DNA from: Octopus sinensis | Taxonomy: Eukaryota | Length of the DNA stretch: 64,000 bases | NCBI RefSeq assembly: GCF_006345805.1 | Contig: NC_043000.1 | Span: 67,828,001 to 67,892,000 of the forward strand | Reading direction: 5' to 3' | Part shown: positions 52,911 to 64,000 of the stretch, piece by piece | Layout: every line of letters begins with the position of its first letter | How positions within the stretch are numbered: the stretch's first letter is position 1 | Position numbers and translations under genes: made by a program | The notes under the pieces: model-generated | The model's input: the letters and a program-made list of their open reading frames with translations, nothing else | Told to the model about the DNA's origin: nothing | Database searches by the model: none

Positions 52911-53846
52911 ATGATAGGAGAAAGGAAACAAGATTTATATATTGCTTTGAAAGAAGAAAGTAAGGTTTTGCAAATGAAATTTTCTCAGATTTCAGCTGAA
53001 GCAATATATTATACATTTTTGAATAAACAAGTGAAAAACGATAAAACTACATCTAATTCATTCAATAATATTAACTCTAATGAACTCCAGAATAAAAAAG
53101 AAAATGCTCAGGATTGCAAACATAGTGACGTAACAAACAACAATAGTAAATACAATCAAAAGATAGGCAATGATAATAAAATAAACAAGAGCAGATTGCT
53201 TTATTACAGTCTGGCTAATGAGTTTTCTGTTTTGAAATCTAAGAGTGAGTGTGAGTTGAAAGAAGGTTTATACAAAATAATTACCTTAAATTCCATAAAT
53301 AAACTGAATAAGACAAATATAAATAATGCTACGAAGCAAAAGCAAAAAGTAAAAGATCACAGTAATAAAGTAAATGTGAATGACAGTAAAGATGTGAAAA
53401 TGAAGCGTAATAACAGTATGAAGAAAACTGATTGTCATCATGGAGACACTGATACAAAACTAGTTAAAAGTGGTGGTAAACATAACGAATTAATACAAGC
53501 TCTGAAAAAAGAGCATTGTCTTATGAACTGGAAGAAAAATGCTGAAAAGGCAGAGTTATCTTTCCTGGAACGTTTTGCAAAGAAGGAGAAACCAAAAAAG
53601 GAACATCATGTTGCAAATACTAAACAAAAAGGTGTAGAAAAACAATGCAAAAAAGTCTCCCAAAAATTGCAGTTTGTGATTCAAAAAAGTCTTTGTGAGG
53701 AATATAGACTTTGTTTGAAACAAAAGAAAAATCGTGAAGATGAAGAAATTGTTTATCAAAAATATCTATCACATTCCATGGATGCAATTCCTCTTTCAGC
53801 TTCAAAATCTAAAGTAATTTCCAAATCAGTGGGAAAAAGAAAATAA
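52911..53846 (+). CDS. Uncharacterised K/N-rich protein with four ~28-aa helical repeats (terminal or sole coding exon)
   Basis: 311-codon ORF in very AT-rich DNA; splice acceptor TTTTCTAG| at 52902/52903 (in-frame phase 1); AATAAA at/after the stop; internal protein repeats. Confidence 0.7.
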   Translation: MIGERKQDLYIALKEESKVLQMKFSQISAEAIYYTFLNKQVKNDKTTSNSFNNINSNELQNKKENAQDCKHSDVTNNNSKYNQKIGNDNKINKSRLLYYSLANEFSVLKSKSECELKEGLYKIITLNSINKLNKTNINNATKQKQKVKDHSNKVNVNDSKDVKMKRNNSMKKTDCHHGDTDTKLVKSGGKHNELIQALKKEHCLMNWKKNAEKAELSFLERFAKKEKPKKEHHVANTKQKGVEKQCKKVSQKLQFVIQKSLCEEYRLCLKQKKNREDEEIVYQKYLSHSMDAIPLSASKSKVISKSVGKRK

Positions 53847-55176
53847 AAACTGTTGCTACTGTTCTAACAATAAAGATGTAAGAAAAATGATAGTATCATG
53901 AGATTTGGTAATGGTAAATGGTTTTCAGAGATTTTTGAAATCTAAATGTGATATAAATTAAAGATACCACTATCTTTGTCGTATACTATATCGTTTGCTT
54001 TGACTTTTAACTTTTAAGTGTTTCAGTTATTAGTGCTACTTTTTCAGATATACTCATATATGTTCTGTGATATTTCATTTTTTTTACAGTGTCCATAAAT
54101 TCAAATACTTCCACAAAATTTTGAAGTAAATATTTTTTATTTTTTATTTTATTCACTGATCAAATACTGAGGTCAGTGGCATCAGTTAACTGCCTCTTTA
54201 GAATAGTGCCTAAATTAGAAACAATTTTATTCAATGAAGTACAGCTATGGCCATATGGTTAAGAAGTTTGCTTCAGAATCACATGGTTTATGGTTCATTC
54301 CCACTGCATGTACACTGCTGGCTGACATCTATTCTAGCCACAGGTTAACCAATGCTTTGTGAATGAAATTTGGTAGAGAAACTAGAGGAATCCCATCCTA
54401 TATTTATAAATTTATATGTGTTTTTGGATGTGGATGAATGTACATGTTTCCTCCTGTGCTGATATGAGTGTGCTAATTGTAAGCAAAAGTTAGTGTAATA
54501 CAATTTTCACAAAAGCATGTCCAGCTATTGAACTCTTCATTATTTGAAGAACAAAGAAAGGTATTACCTCACTTGGATTTAAGTTAGGGTTAGCAACAGG
54601 TAGAGTATCCAGCTGTAGAAAAATTTTCTGCAGTAAAAATTTATCTAATCCATGCAAGTATGGAAAAGTGAACATCAAAATGAAGATGATGATGATGATG
54701 TGAAATAGAATCAGTGCCCAATTTTCATTTTGATGGACTATTGCAAGGGAAGTAAGGCATGCAATTTAGACAAAATAAAAGTAAAATGAGTTGATATCAT
54801 AGTATAATCACTCTGCTGTTATATCTCTCAGGCTATTTAAAGTACAAACATGTACACCATACTAAAAAATTGTCATTCTAATTGGTATTATTTGTTTAAA
54901 ATCTGTTTTTCTTTAGTAGTATTATCTCATCTGTATTAATGAGGAAGCTGAATATCTATTCATGTTTCAAATAAAAACATTCTTTCTAGAGGAATTATAT
55001 GCATGTGTGTATTCTAATCAATACTGAAAAATGTACTCAGCTTATTATTGAGGTTAATGAGTTGGTAAAATGAGTATAATCTGTGGTATTGAGTGGAATA
55101 CAATGTACATGATAATACTTCCAATCAGTTAAATTGAGAAGCCATGAGAACTACTCCCTGGTACTACATCAGATCA

Positions 55177-55212
<36 letters not shown>

Positions 55213-55213
<1 letters not shown>

Positions 55214-55811
55214 GTTTGACGTTTGCTTTGTATTTGTACAAGTTGGCTCCAAGTCTCATGCAGAGACCTCAAGAGACAACAAGTTGGAAGTTCATGTTGG
55301 TCTTATGCCTAGGGTGTCAAATGTTTAAGAAAACAAGAAAATTATGAATTTGTTTTAAATTTTGAGATTACACAGACAGTATTTTACGTAGAATATGGGC
55401 AGTTCCTATGAGCACTATCTTCTGAATTTCTGCCATTTTGGGGTTTCCTGGTATCTGAGCTAGGTAGCAATCAGTCCCTTTTGCTATCATTCCTAGGGCA
55501 CCTATGACAACAGGTATTGTTTTAGTCTTGAGGTCCCACATTTTGCCAATTTCTATTTCAAGATCTGTATACTTGCTCAGTTTTTGGTAGGTCTTGACAG
55601 ATATATTTATATCGATTGGGACAGTCATATCAATGAAGAAGCATGATTTTTGTCTGAAGTCTTTCAATATAATGTCTGGCCCATTCGCATCAATCTTTCT
55701 GTCAGTTTGAATGGCGAAGTTCCAGAGGAGTGAGATTTGATCATTTTCAAGCACTGGAGGTGGTTTGTGTTCCCACCAGTTTTTATCATGGGGCAGGTCC
55801 AGGCTTTTGCA
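55213..55811 (-). mobile_element. R4/Dong-clade non-LTR retrotransposon 3' fragment (restriction-like endonuclease) in a (TAA)n tract
   Basis: HDKNWWEHKP..LWNFAIQTDRKIDANGPDII..FIDMTVP..QKLSKY..PVVIGALG..LIGTAHILR; (ATT)n on both sides (55179-55212, 55812-55826). Confidence 0.88.
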
Positions 55812-56899
55812 AATTATTATTATTATTTAAAATTCCCTTCAAAATTATATCATAACTTTTTAATGTTAACATGTCTCCTTGCCTAGACATTACTTTTTGT
55901 TGTCGCATTTAATTATTTATTGCTTTGTGCTAATTTTCATTTTTATTTTTTCCACCATTGATAATTTAAAAGAACTGTGAACTCAATAAAAATTTTCATT
56001 ATTCATGTTGTTGTAATTGTTGTTGTTGTTGTTGTTGTTGCTGTTGCTGCTGCTGGTATTGATGATGATGATGCTTACCCTCGTGTCATTCATCAAGCAG
56101 GCCTAAAATCAAACTCACTCCAACATTACATTACCCAGGAAGTATTTTTAAAGAATGTACAGTGTGATTTCAGAGACATTTGGCTGCTATTTCTAGTTCA
56201 TATCAGTTTATTGTTTTGAAGTGAAAGGTATTCCAACCACAACCAACTCATCATTTTAGTTATAGATATCTACAACTACATCATACAAGATTTTCTTTTT
56301 TAAGAAGACAGAGTGGTATTTGAGAAGGATTTTCTTACTACTTATGCTAATATAGCTTCTTCTATATTAACAAGCAAATACATCTAATGATTTCTTTTAC
56401 CAGTCACTTGCCCCTCTCCCTTTCACATAAATACACACCTGACAAAACATACTGATTCTTCAGCCAATGTGCTTCTATTCTTATCATCAATTTTTACTTA
56501 TATTTCATACAATCTACTTCTAGCATGGAAAGAAAAAACTTTTGTTTCTTGTAGCTATAACAATTACCTGAACTTTTTCCATCCCCTTCTTATTCTAGCT
56601 ACTATTATTCATTCTGTCGATGCAGGCATGATTGTGTGGTTAAGAGATTTGCTTCTCAATCATGAAGTACTAAGCTGAACCCTGTTATATGGAATGTAGA
56701 CAGGAGCCTTTTACTATAATCTCAGTACAGTCATATGAGAAATTGTCACATTAATTGATTAAACTATTGAATTATTATCAAAACCAAGCCCTTAGTGGCA
56801 GCGCTAATCATAAAATTGGGTTTGTAGTCTTTATAGCATTATAAGATGATTTTAGTGCTAGAATTTCAATTGTCTTTTATTTCAAGACTAGAGGTCATG

Positions 56900-57460
56900 C
56901 TTTTGGGCCCTGCTATTTGTAGAATTTCATGTATTATGAGTTCTTGGTTTTGATTGTCTAAGCACACAACCCCCTTAATAATGATGCCTTTGACAACAAC
57001 ACTGAAACTGTCAGTACAGAAATGCAGAAGACCTAACTGTGGTATATGCGTCAACCTAATTGAGGGATCGGAGTTCTCTATCAAACAGGGTCAATGTTTT
57101 ACAGTGAAAAACAACTTCACATGTTCTTCAGAAAACCTAATGTATGTATTAACTTGCTCAGGGTGTCAAGAGCAATACATAGGCCAAACCAAAAACAGAC
57201 TACATCAAAAGATGACTCTACATAGATCCCAAATCAATATTCAGGAATACAGAAAAATAGCATTCAGCAAACACATTGACATTTACTCCACTAAGGAACC
57301 CAGCTTCAGAACTTTTCCCCTCTATAAATTTAGTGATGATGCAATCTATAATCAGCACATTAGCAAAGAGTCATATTTTATCACAAAATATAAATCTCTT
57401 TTGAATGCATCCACCACAAATGACAATACTACAAGGGCCTTACAATAATACCCATAAAAA
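56900..57460 (+). mobile_element. Penelope-like element GIY-YIG endonuclease fragment (Cys-motif type, Neptune-like)
   Basis: KCRRPNCGIC..FTCSSENLMYVLTCSGC..YIGQT..LH..KESYFI..LN. Confidence 0.88.
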
Positions 57461-57677
57461 TATTTAAATGATATATTCAGAACAGTCACTACCCATGAAT
57501 TTATTCAGAACATTTCCAATCACTACTATTACAAACACAACAGGTCACTTTTAGGTCACTTGACCATTTAAGATGATTCCACCAACATCCTACTACTGTC
57601 ATACCACCCCCATATTTTTCTTATTCTTTCTCTTTTTTCCTACTCCCTCTTCTTATTATTCTTTCTCTTTTTTCCTA

Positions 57678-57775
57678 CTCCTTCTTCTTCTTCTTCTTCT
57701 TCTTCTTCTTCTTCTTCTTCTTCTTCTTCTTCTTCTTCTTCTTCTCTTCTTCTTCTTCTTCCTCCTCCTCCTCCT
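57678..57775. repeat. (CTT)n/(CCT)n microsatellite
   Basis: Direct reading. Confidence 0.95.
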
Positions 57776-58125
57776 CGGCTACTGGTGCTCAAACAATCAA
57801 AACCAAGAACTCATATCAAATATTCTTTTAGGATTGCTCCTACCTACTACCTACTACCAAGCCTCCACAAGAATGAAAAAGAGAGACAGACAGACAGAGA
57901 AAAAGAAAAATGCCCCTTGTATTAGAAAACTATGGAAATATTTTTTTTCAATTTCATTTAATTTTTCCACATTTTAATTTGTATTTCATGCTTTACTTAT
58001 GAAAAAGTCTCAAAGACTGAAACCAGTACTGAAATGTTCTTCACAATAAAATTATTTTAGCATTTTCTACCTTGTTTTGTTTACCATATACATATCAACT
58101 TATATGTTCCTTTTCAAACTTCTAC

Positions 58126-58136
58126 ATATATATATA

Positions 58137-58212
<76 letters not shown>
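58126..58212. repeat. (TA)n microsatellite
   Basis: Direct reading. Confidence 0.95.
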
Positions 58213-58217
<5 letters not shown>

Positions 58218-58572
58218 TAGTATCAAGGTAAGAAAAATTTTAGAATTTTTTTAATACCAGTGGCCTAGCATGTAGAAAAATTAGTTAATAGACTATATAT
58301 TATTCATATAAATATAATGTACATTTAAACACATAAGAAGCATCCATCATAGGACACCTAGCTTGCTAGAAGGAACACCCAAAATCCAAACCACTATTAG
58401 GACAAATTTCAAAGGGAATGAAAAATAAAAACATTTACCATCTATCTCTTGGACCATGGTTTCTGACTTTATATTAGCAAATAAAATAATTTGTTAGGAG
58501 AAGTCTTCATCAACAGGTACGCCTATTTTAAATATATGAATACCAGAGAATCCAGCATGTGCACCATGCTTA

Positions 58573-58964
58573 TCTCTATATATATAAAGCTGAAGTTGTC
58601 TGTGTATGGCAGGTTTGGTAGCCTTCAACTAACACTATCTCCTCCGAGACCCTGCGGCGCAAGTTGACCAAAATTGAGAGTATGATAGAAAAAGGCTTAC
58701 TCTTCCTTCTGTAGAAGAAAAAATTCAAATTGGATCATGTTAACATCAAAAATTATTTACATCAAAAAGGTGCTTTTTTTCTATGAAAATCCCTATTTTT
58801 TACGATCTTTTGACTGCTGCGTCGCCATCTTTCGGTGTATTTCAACCAGAAAAATGTTCACTTAAAGAGAATAACAAGCTACATAATGCAAAATTTTTAC
58901 TTTTCAAAAATTCCAATTCTAAAGAGTCTAAACAAACTCGAGCAACGCCGGGCGATACTGCAAG
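58573..58964 (+). mobile_element. Non-autonomous Helitron (392 bp)
   Basis: A|TCTCTATATATATAAAG 5' end; CTCGAGCAACGCCGGG subterminal hairpin, then CAAG|T 3' end (CTAG variant). Confidence 0.8.
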
Positions 58965-59564
58965 TATATTATAATTTTTCAAATCCACTGCACAAGCGCA
59001 GTTTTTTTGTTGGCAGCAAATGAAATAATGCCAGCGTTACTTCGAAAATTTGGCAAAAAAATTATCAATAATTAATAATATCAAGGTAAGAAAAATTTTT
59101 AGAAATTTTTAATACCAGTGGCCTAGCATGTAGAAAAATTAGTCAATAGACTATATATTATTCATATAAATACAGTGTATATTTGAACACATAAGAGGCA
59201 TCCATCATAGGACACCTGGCACGCTAGAAGGAACAGCCAAAATTCAAACCACTTTTAGGGACAAATTTCAAAGGGAATGAAAAATAAAAACATTTACCAT
59301 CTATCTCCTGGACCATGGTTTCTGACTTTATATTAGCAAAAATAAAATAATTTGCTAGGCGAAGTCTTCATCAACAGGTATGCCTAGATTAAACATATAA
59401 ATATGAAGCAATCTATTTGCTAATATAAAGTCAGAAACCATGGTTCAGGAGATAGATGGTAATGTTTTTATTTTTCATTCCCATCGAAATTTGTCCCTCA
59501 GTGGTTTGGATTTTGGCTGTTCCTTCTAGCATGCCAGGTGTCCTATGATGGATGCCTCTTATGG

Positions 59565-60053
59565 ATGCTGAGGCAAAAGTTCAAAAAATAATCTCAGGAT
59601 TTTTTTTTATTGCAAAACGACTTTTCTGCCTGCTACCCTAAACACAGTGAAGATGTACGTTACTGCCTTCCCAACGTCATATTCAGTAGTGCAGGACTTC
59701 AGTACAGCTGCTTAGCTTCTTTCTAAGCAAAATAAAATCAGACTGAAAATTATTGAACGCGGCGATCTAAGACTGCCTTTTAGTGTCTTTCAGCCTGATG
59801 TTTGGAAGTTGATGTCCCTGCACAATGTACATCCATGAAAACTATGAAAACAACGCAGTTACAACTGAGATGTAAATTTGCATCCATATTGTAAAAACAG
59901 CAAAATAATGGGTCTATAAGCTTAAGTTTAATTCGTGAAATACAGTTTTGAATTTGCTGAAAACGAGATCTATGGTTTATGGTGTGTGTGGTTCGCTTGA
60001 AACGTGGTCTGGGAACCAAAGGGGCGACAGTCCGAAAAAGTTAGGAATCACTG
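59565..60053 (+). mobile_element. hAT (Charlie-like) transposon 3' fragment
   Basis: LLPFPTSYSV..FS..KIIERGDLRL..QPDVWKL..HP dimerisation-domain remnant; terminus TTAGGAATCACTG. Confidence 0.75.
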
Positions 60054-60149
60054 TTTTAGCCAATGTATTTTCTTTGACGACAAGTTAAACCTTAATCCTA
60101 ACCCTAAACCCCAACTCAAACAGAAGCCATCATTCTCTCTCCACGTCGC

Positions 60150-60180
<31 letters not shown>

Positions 60181-61596
60181 CCTTCTCTCTCTCTCTCTCA
60201 TTATTCCAGAGAAACCAAAGATTAAAGAGAGACTGAAGGGGAGAAAAAAATAGGAAAAAGCAGAGTTTAAAACAACCCCTTTTCCAGCTCTAAGCGAATA
60301 TTGCTCCATTTTTCTTTAAGAGAAACAGGCTGCAATTTGAGGGACATTAGCGGTTATCTCAAAACAGATGTTATGCAAACAGCCTTGAAAGATGCTGGAT
60401 AATAATGGTCTCAAAATTTGGCACAGGACCAGTAGTTTTTCAGAGGAGGGAAAAGATTCAGAGGGTAAACTAAAAGCTGAAAGGTGTCCCTTTGTTTTCA
60501 TATAATATGTGTATTGAAAACAAATATATTTCTTTGTTTTCATATAATATATTTATTATTATATAAATATAATAATATTTTTTTTGTAACATCCTAGGGT
60601 TTTACTTTTTCTCTTGTCTTACCTTTCCCTCTACAAACTGATTACAGGCCAAATCTTTTCTCATAACTTTCACATTTTGCATATTATAAGTATAAAAAGA
60701 ATGTGTAGGGAAAACGACCGTACGTAAGGAGTTGGTGGCAGAAATGCCTCCTTTTTAACGCCTCATGGTTGCCATATCAAAAGAAGAAGCCAAATACATG
60801 ATATAAATGAATAAGTGCCAAAAGGAATAATGAGGACGACAACCGTTTAACTGTTTGAGATGTGTACTATAAGATAAAGTATGGGTGCTTGCAAAGTGGA
60901 GTGTCTGTGTGCATGCGACAAGTGTTTGTGTCTGTGTGTTCGTGTGTGCGACAGAAGTACAAACAAGGTGTATGCGGGCAAAACAAAATACAGCGCATAG
61001 AAAAAAATCTCTCATGGTATTTCAGACAAGATGGAGTTAATTTACCAGTTCGTAGTAAAGTACATAATAGCAGTTCGTTCTGTAACAGGATGTTGGGATC
61101 ACAAGTGCAGATGCCGGTTGAACACATGTCGTGTAGCGGTTGTGGCTTCAATGCTGTGCCAGGTTACATTGGTACAGAAGATCTCGCAGGTAGTGCTGTG
61201 CTGTTAACCTCGGTGAAAATCACAACAGCGAGAAAGCTAAACCTGAGTGAGTGCTGTGTACGTATTAGTGTTGCTGGAGATGAAGGCGACGGAGATGGAG
61301 ACGACGTGAAGTTGAAGGACGGCGATGGTGATGGCGATGGTGATTGCGACGGCAGAGAAAGGCGTCGTTGAGATGAAGGCGTCGGTGGTGGAAACGTCCT
61401 GTGTTGCTGGTGTATGTTAGCGTCGTCATTGGCTGGAGCAGGAACATGACTGACTGGCTGGAACTGGAACTGGTTGAGTCGTTCTGTGGTCAGAGGTTAG
61501 TCCTGAGGACTGGAACATGGTTGAGTCGCTCTGTAGTCAGAGGTTAGCCCTGAGAAGGACTGGAACGAAAGACGAGAAATAGTGATTTGCTGGCGC

Positions 61597-61733
61597 CTTT
61601 TATAACCTGAGGTGGGCTCCAGTGAAACTCCAAAAAGACTGTGTCATGGGACCTTATCCGAAGGCCGTGATTGGTTGGCTTACACACTGGCGCGAAATAA
61701 GTCAAGAGACAAACTGCATCAACGTCAACCAAT
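61597..61733 (-). promoter_or_regulatory. TATA + E2F + double CCAAT promoter module
   Basis: TATAAAAG 61604-61597, CCAAT 61674-61670, TTTCGCGC 61697-61690, inverted CCAAT 61729-61733. Confidence 0.55.
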
Positions 61734-62001
61734 CAGAGCAGTAGACACAACAGGGTTAAAATAGCCGAAGATGGTTGCTATCTAACACGAGATCATTTCT
61801 AATATATCTCTCAAACAGTGAGGATATCACCTAGCTACGCTACAAATGTACCTGTAAGATAATTAACCTGTCAAGTTAGTAATAACATATATGGGCATGG
61901 TGAAATATTACTTCAAAATAGGTTAAGTTTAACGACGGGATTAGCATCTAGCCATAGAAAATGATCCATGTGAGCGTGGAAAAGTGCATGATTCATATAT
62001 A

Positions 62002-62008
<7 letters not shown>

Positions 62009-62082
<74 letters not shown>
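62009..62082. repeat. (TA)n(TG)n microsatellite
   Basis: Direct reading. Confidence 0.95.
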
Positions 62083-62084
<2 letters not shown>

Positions 62085-62624
62085 TTTTCCCTTGTTCAGG
62101 GCAGCAAAAAATCACACAAGTAATATGGATGTAATACCCTGTTTGTAAAGGTAGAAACTCCAGGTTGATGTGAAATATTTTGTATAATATATATAAATAA
62201 ATAAATGGAGTTAAACGCAGGTGTTAATCAAATTCTTTTATTTCCGACATATGTTTTGAAGACAACATTGGTATTATACCAAAGGAATAAAATTGTGTAA
62301 AACAATGTAATCTTCTCATCAGGGGAAGAAAGAAAGAAACCAAACTCATCAATAAGGCATTTTAAAAGAATGTGATAGATGTGTATAATGATGAACGGAA
62401 CGCTATTAAATTTTGTTTTAAAAACCGTTAGAAGATATAACGTCAAAGGTAGCCTATAGAAAGAGGAGGGGTAAAAGAAAGAAATAAGTAGAAAACTAAT
62501 AAATGAGAAATATAGAGCGAAATGTGAGCTAAAATAAAAGCTTAAAGGATTGGAAAAAGATATATTTAGTGGAAGTGAAATGTAAGAAGAAAATCAATGT
62601 TCAAATTATATATAATGGTAGATA

Positions 62625-63460
62625 TCACTTATATGAACTAAAGGTATGTTCCTGCCAATGTTTACATCGATAAGCACGCTCTATAACCGTGTTTACAAGG
62701 GGATTCTTAGAAAATAGAATAGAAAATAGTTCACTATTACAGAGTTGGCAGAATTCTTTGCCTTTACCATATGGGAGTAAAATGAAGAGAATCAACCAAT
62801 CTAAATTAAATTGTTTATTATGGTCTTTTAGATACCAAATTAATTTACTAAACCCTGTACTATTGCGTTTATTGCTATCCCTAAATGTAGAGTAACGATT
62901 AGAAATTCTTTTAGATAACTGAGAAGAACTACCTATATAAAAAAAGACACTGGTACCTGAAATAATTTTACACTGGTATATAGAGTTTTTAATCTTAGAA
63001 TTACTAGATATAAATTTAATTCTGTTTGAATTGACTTCAGAGACAATGACCTTACTATTAATATTTCTAGGGGGATGATTAGTATTAGCTAAATTAATGT
63101 CAGTATTAGTAATTGGATTCTTATTTAACAGACTAATATTATGTGAGAAGATAATTTGTGAGAGATTTTTTGCGTTGGAAAAACCAATCCTAACCTTGTG
63201 CAAGTTGATAATCGAGTAATACCTAGAATTCTTTGGAAAATTCCTAATAGCTTCCCGAAACTACGGTTATAGAGCGTGCTATCGATATTGATAGTAATGG
63301 TAAGACAACAAAAGAATGAAAGAGACCTCGATATTATGTAAATAGAGGAATTTATCTGTAAATATAATATGTGACAATTATTCGGTAGCCATGATAAAAC
63401 TCCGAGTTTCGGGTGTCGGGGCAGAAACCCGCACCAATATCTCTTCAGATATCGGGCCAT
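62625..63460 (-). mobile_element. Penelope-like element fragment (linker + GIY-YIG) with upstream hammerhead
   Basis: FPKNSRYYSIINLHKVRIGFSNAKN..IYQC..FYIGSS..KRISN..F..RNSTGFSKLIWYLKD..CQLC..E..RCKH. Confidence 0.9.
63393..63453 (-). ncRNA. Minimal type I hammerhead ribozyme motif
   Basis: GATAT CTGAAGA G..GGTG CGGG tttctgc CCCG a CACC C GAAA CTC G GAG T T TTATC: palindromic stem III ACTC-G-GAGT, GUU triplet. Confidence 0.75.
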
Positions 63461-63567
63461 CAAAAAATGCTATGAAAATGACCGTTAAACAAAGGGAAAT
63501 TACTGTGTGATTGACCGTTATTAAGACAAAAGAGCTATTAGAATGACCGCTAAATAAGGGGTGGGTG

Positions 63568-63967
63568 TAAAAGGTAAAGGAGTAAACACACTCATAGCAA
63601 TCGCGTATGCACGTATGTCCATACATACACATGCACGCGCGCACATCCACATACATGTGCCTATATGCATATGCTCATCCACACTCGCTTGAAACACACA
63701 CATGCGCACCCACACATTCGCCAAACAAAATTTATATATACCCGCACACACGCGCACAAAAAAGGTTCATATACACGTCTATATACGCACATGCACAGGA
63801 AAAAAAACCTGGGTGAAAGGTAAAACGAGAAAAAATGTGTAAAGATATATAAAGCAATAAAGATATAAAAAGTAAAGGAGTAAAAATGCTCAAAGCAATC
63901 GCGCATGCGCACACGCACATCCACGTACATGTGCTTATATGCATATGCCCATCCACACTCGTGGAAA
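63568..63967 (+). repeat. Imperfect direct repeat (~63568-63697 vs ~63868-63967), CA-rich
   Basis: AAAGGAGTAAA..AGCAATCGCG..CATCCACACTCG..GAAAC occurs twice; probably Penelope pLTR-related. Confidence 0.7.
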
Positions 63968-64000
63968 CAAAACCACGATCAAATCTTTGACGGATCAGGA

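Noticed and set aside
57573-57977. 134-aa poly-Leu ORF
   Set aside because: Produced by the (CTT)n microsatellite; similar artefacts at 51297-51769, 55134-55347 and 58072-58254.
60862-61371. Plus-strand 169-aa ORF with DGDGD repeats
   Set aside because: Antisense shadow of the minus-strand Pro/Ser frame; promoter motifs point the other way.

Overview
Eukaryotic, AT-rich, repeat-dense genomic DNA. The SINE, RTE, piggyBac-MITE and Penelope repeat repertoire suggests an octopod cephalopod (inference). One host gene is well supported: RMI1 on the minus strand, with 12 phase-consistent GT-AG coding exons from 36157 (ATG) to 5142 (525 codons). Its last exon(s) lie beyond position 1, past a >4.5 kb higher-order satellite. 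A divergent plus-strand gene is likely, ending in a 311-codon exon (52911-53846) that encodes four ungapped copies of an unrecognised ~28-aa helical motif. The rest is decayed mobile DNA: Helitrons, pogo, mariner, hAT, piggyBac-type MITEs, Gypsy (tRNA-Trp PBS), CR1, RTE, R4/Dong, two Penelope-like GIY-YIG fragments and many tRNA-derived SINEs. The most striking non-genic signal is a set of minimal type I hammerhead ribozyme motifs from at least four sequence families. Two families form short fold-back elements with outward-facing hammerheads inside RMI1 introns, and in both the copy on the RMI1 sense strand has lost catalytic G12. All identifications are by eye; no searches or folding were run. 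Most short ORFs in the supplied track are spurious.
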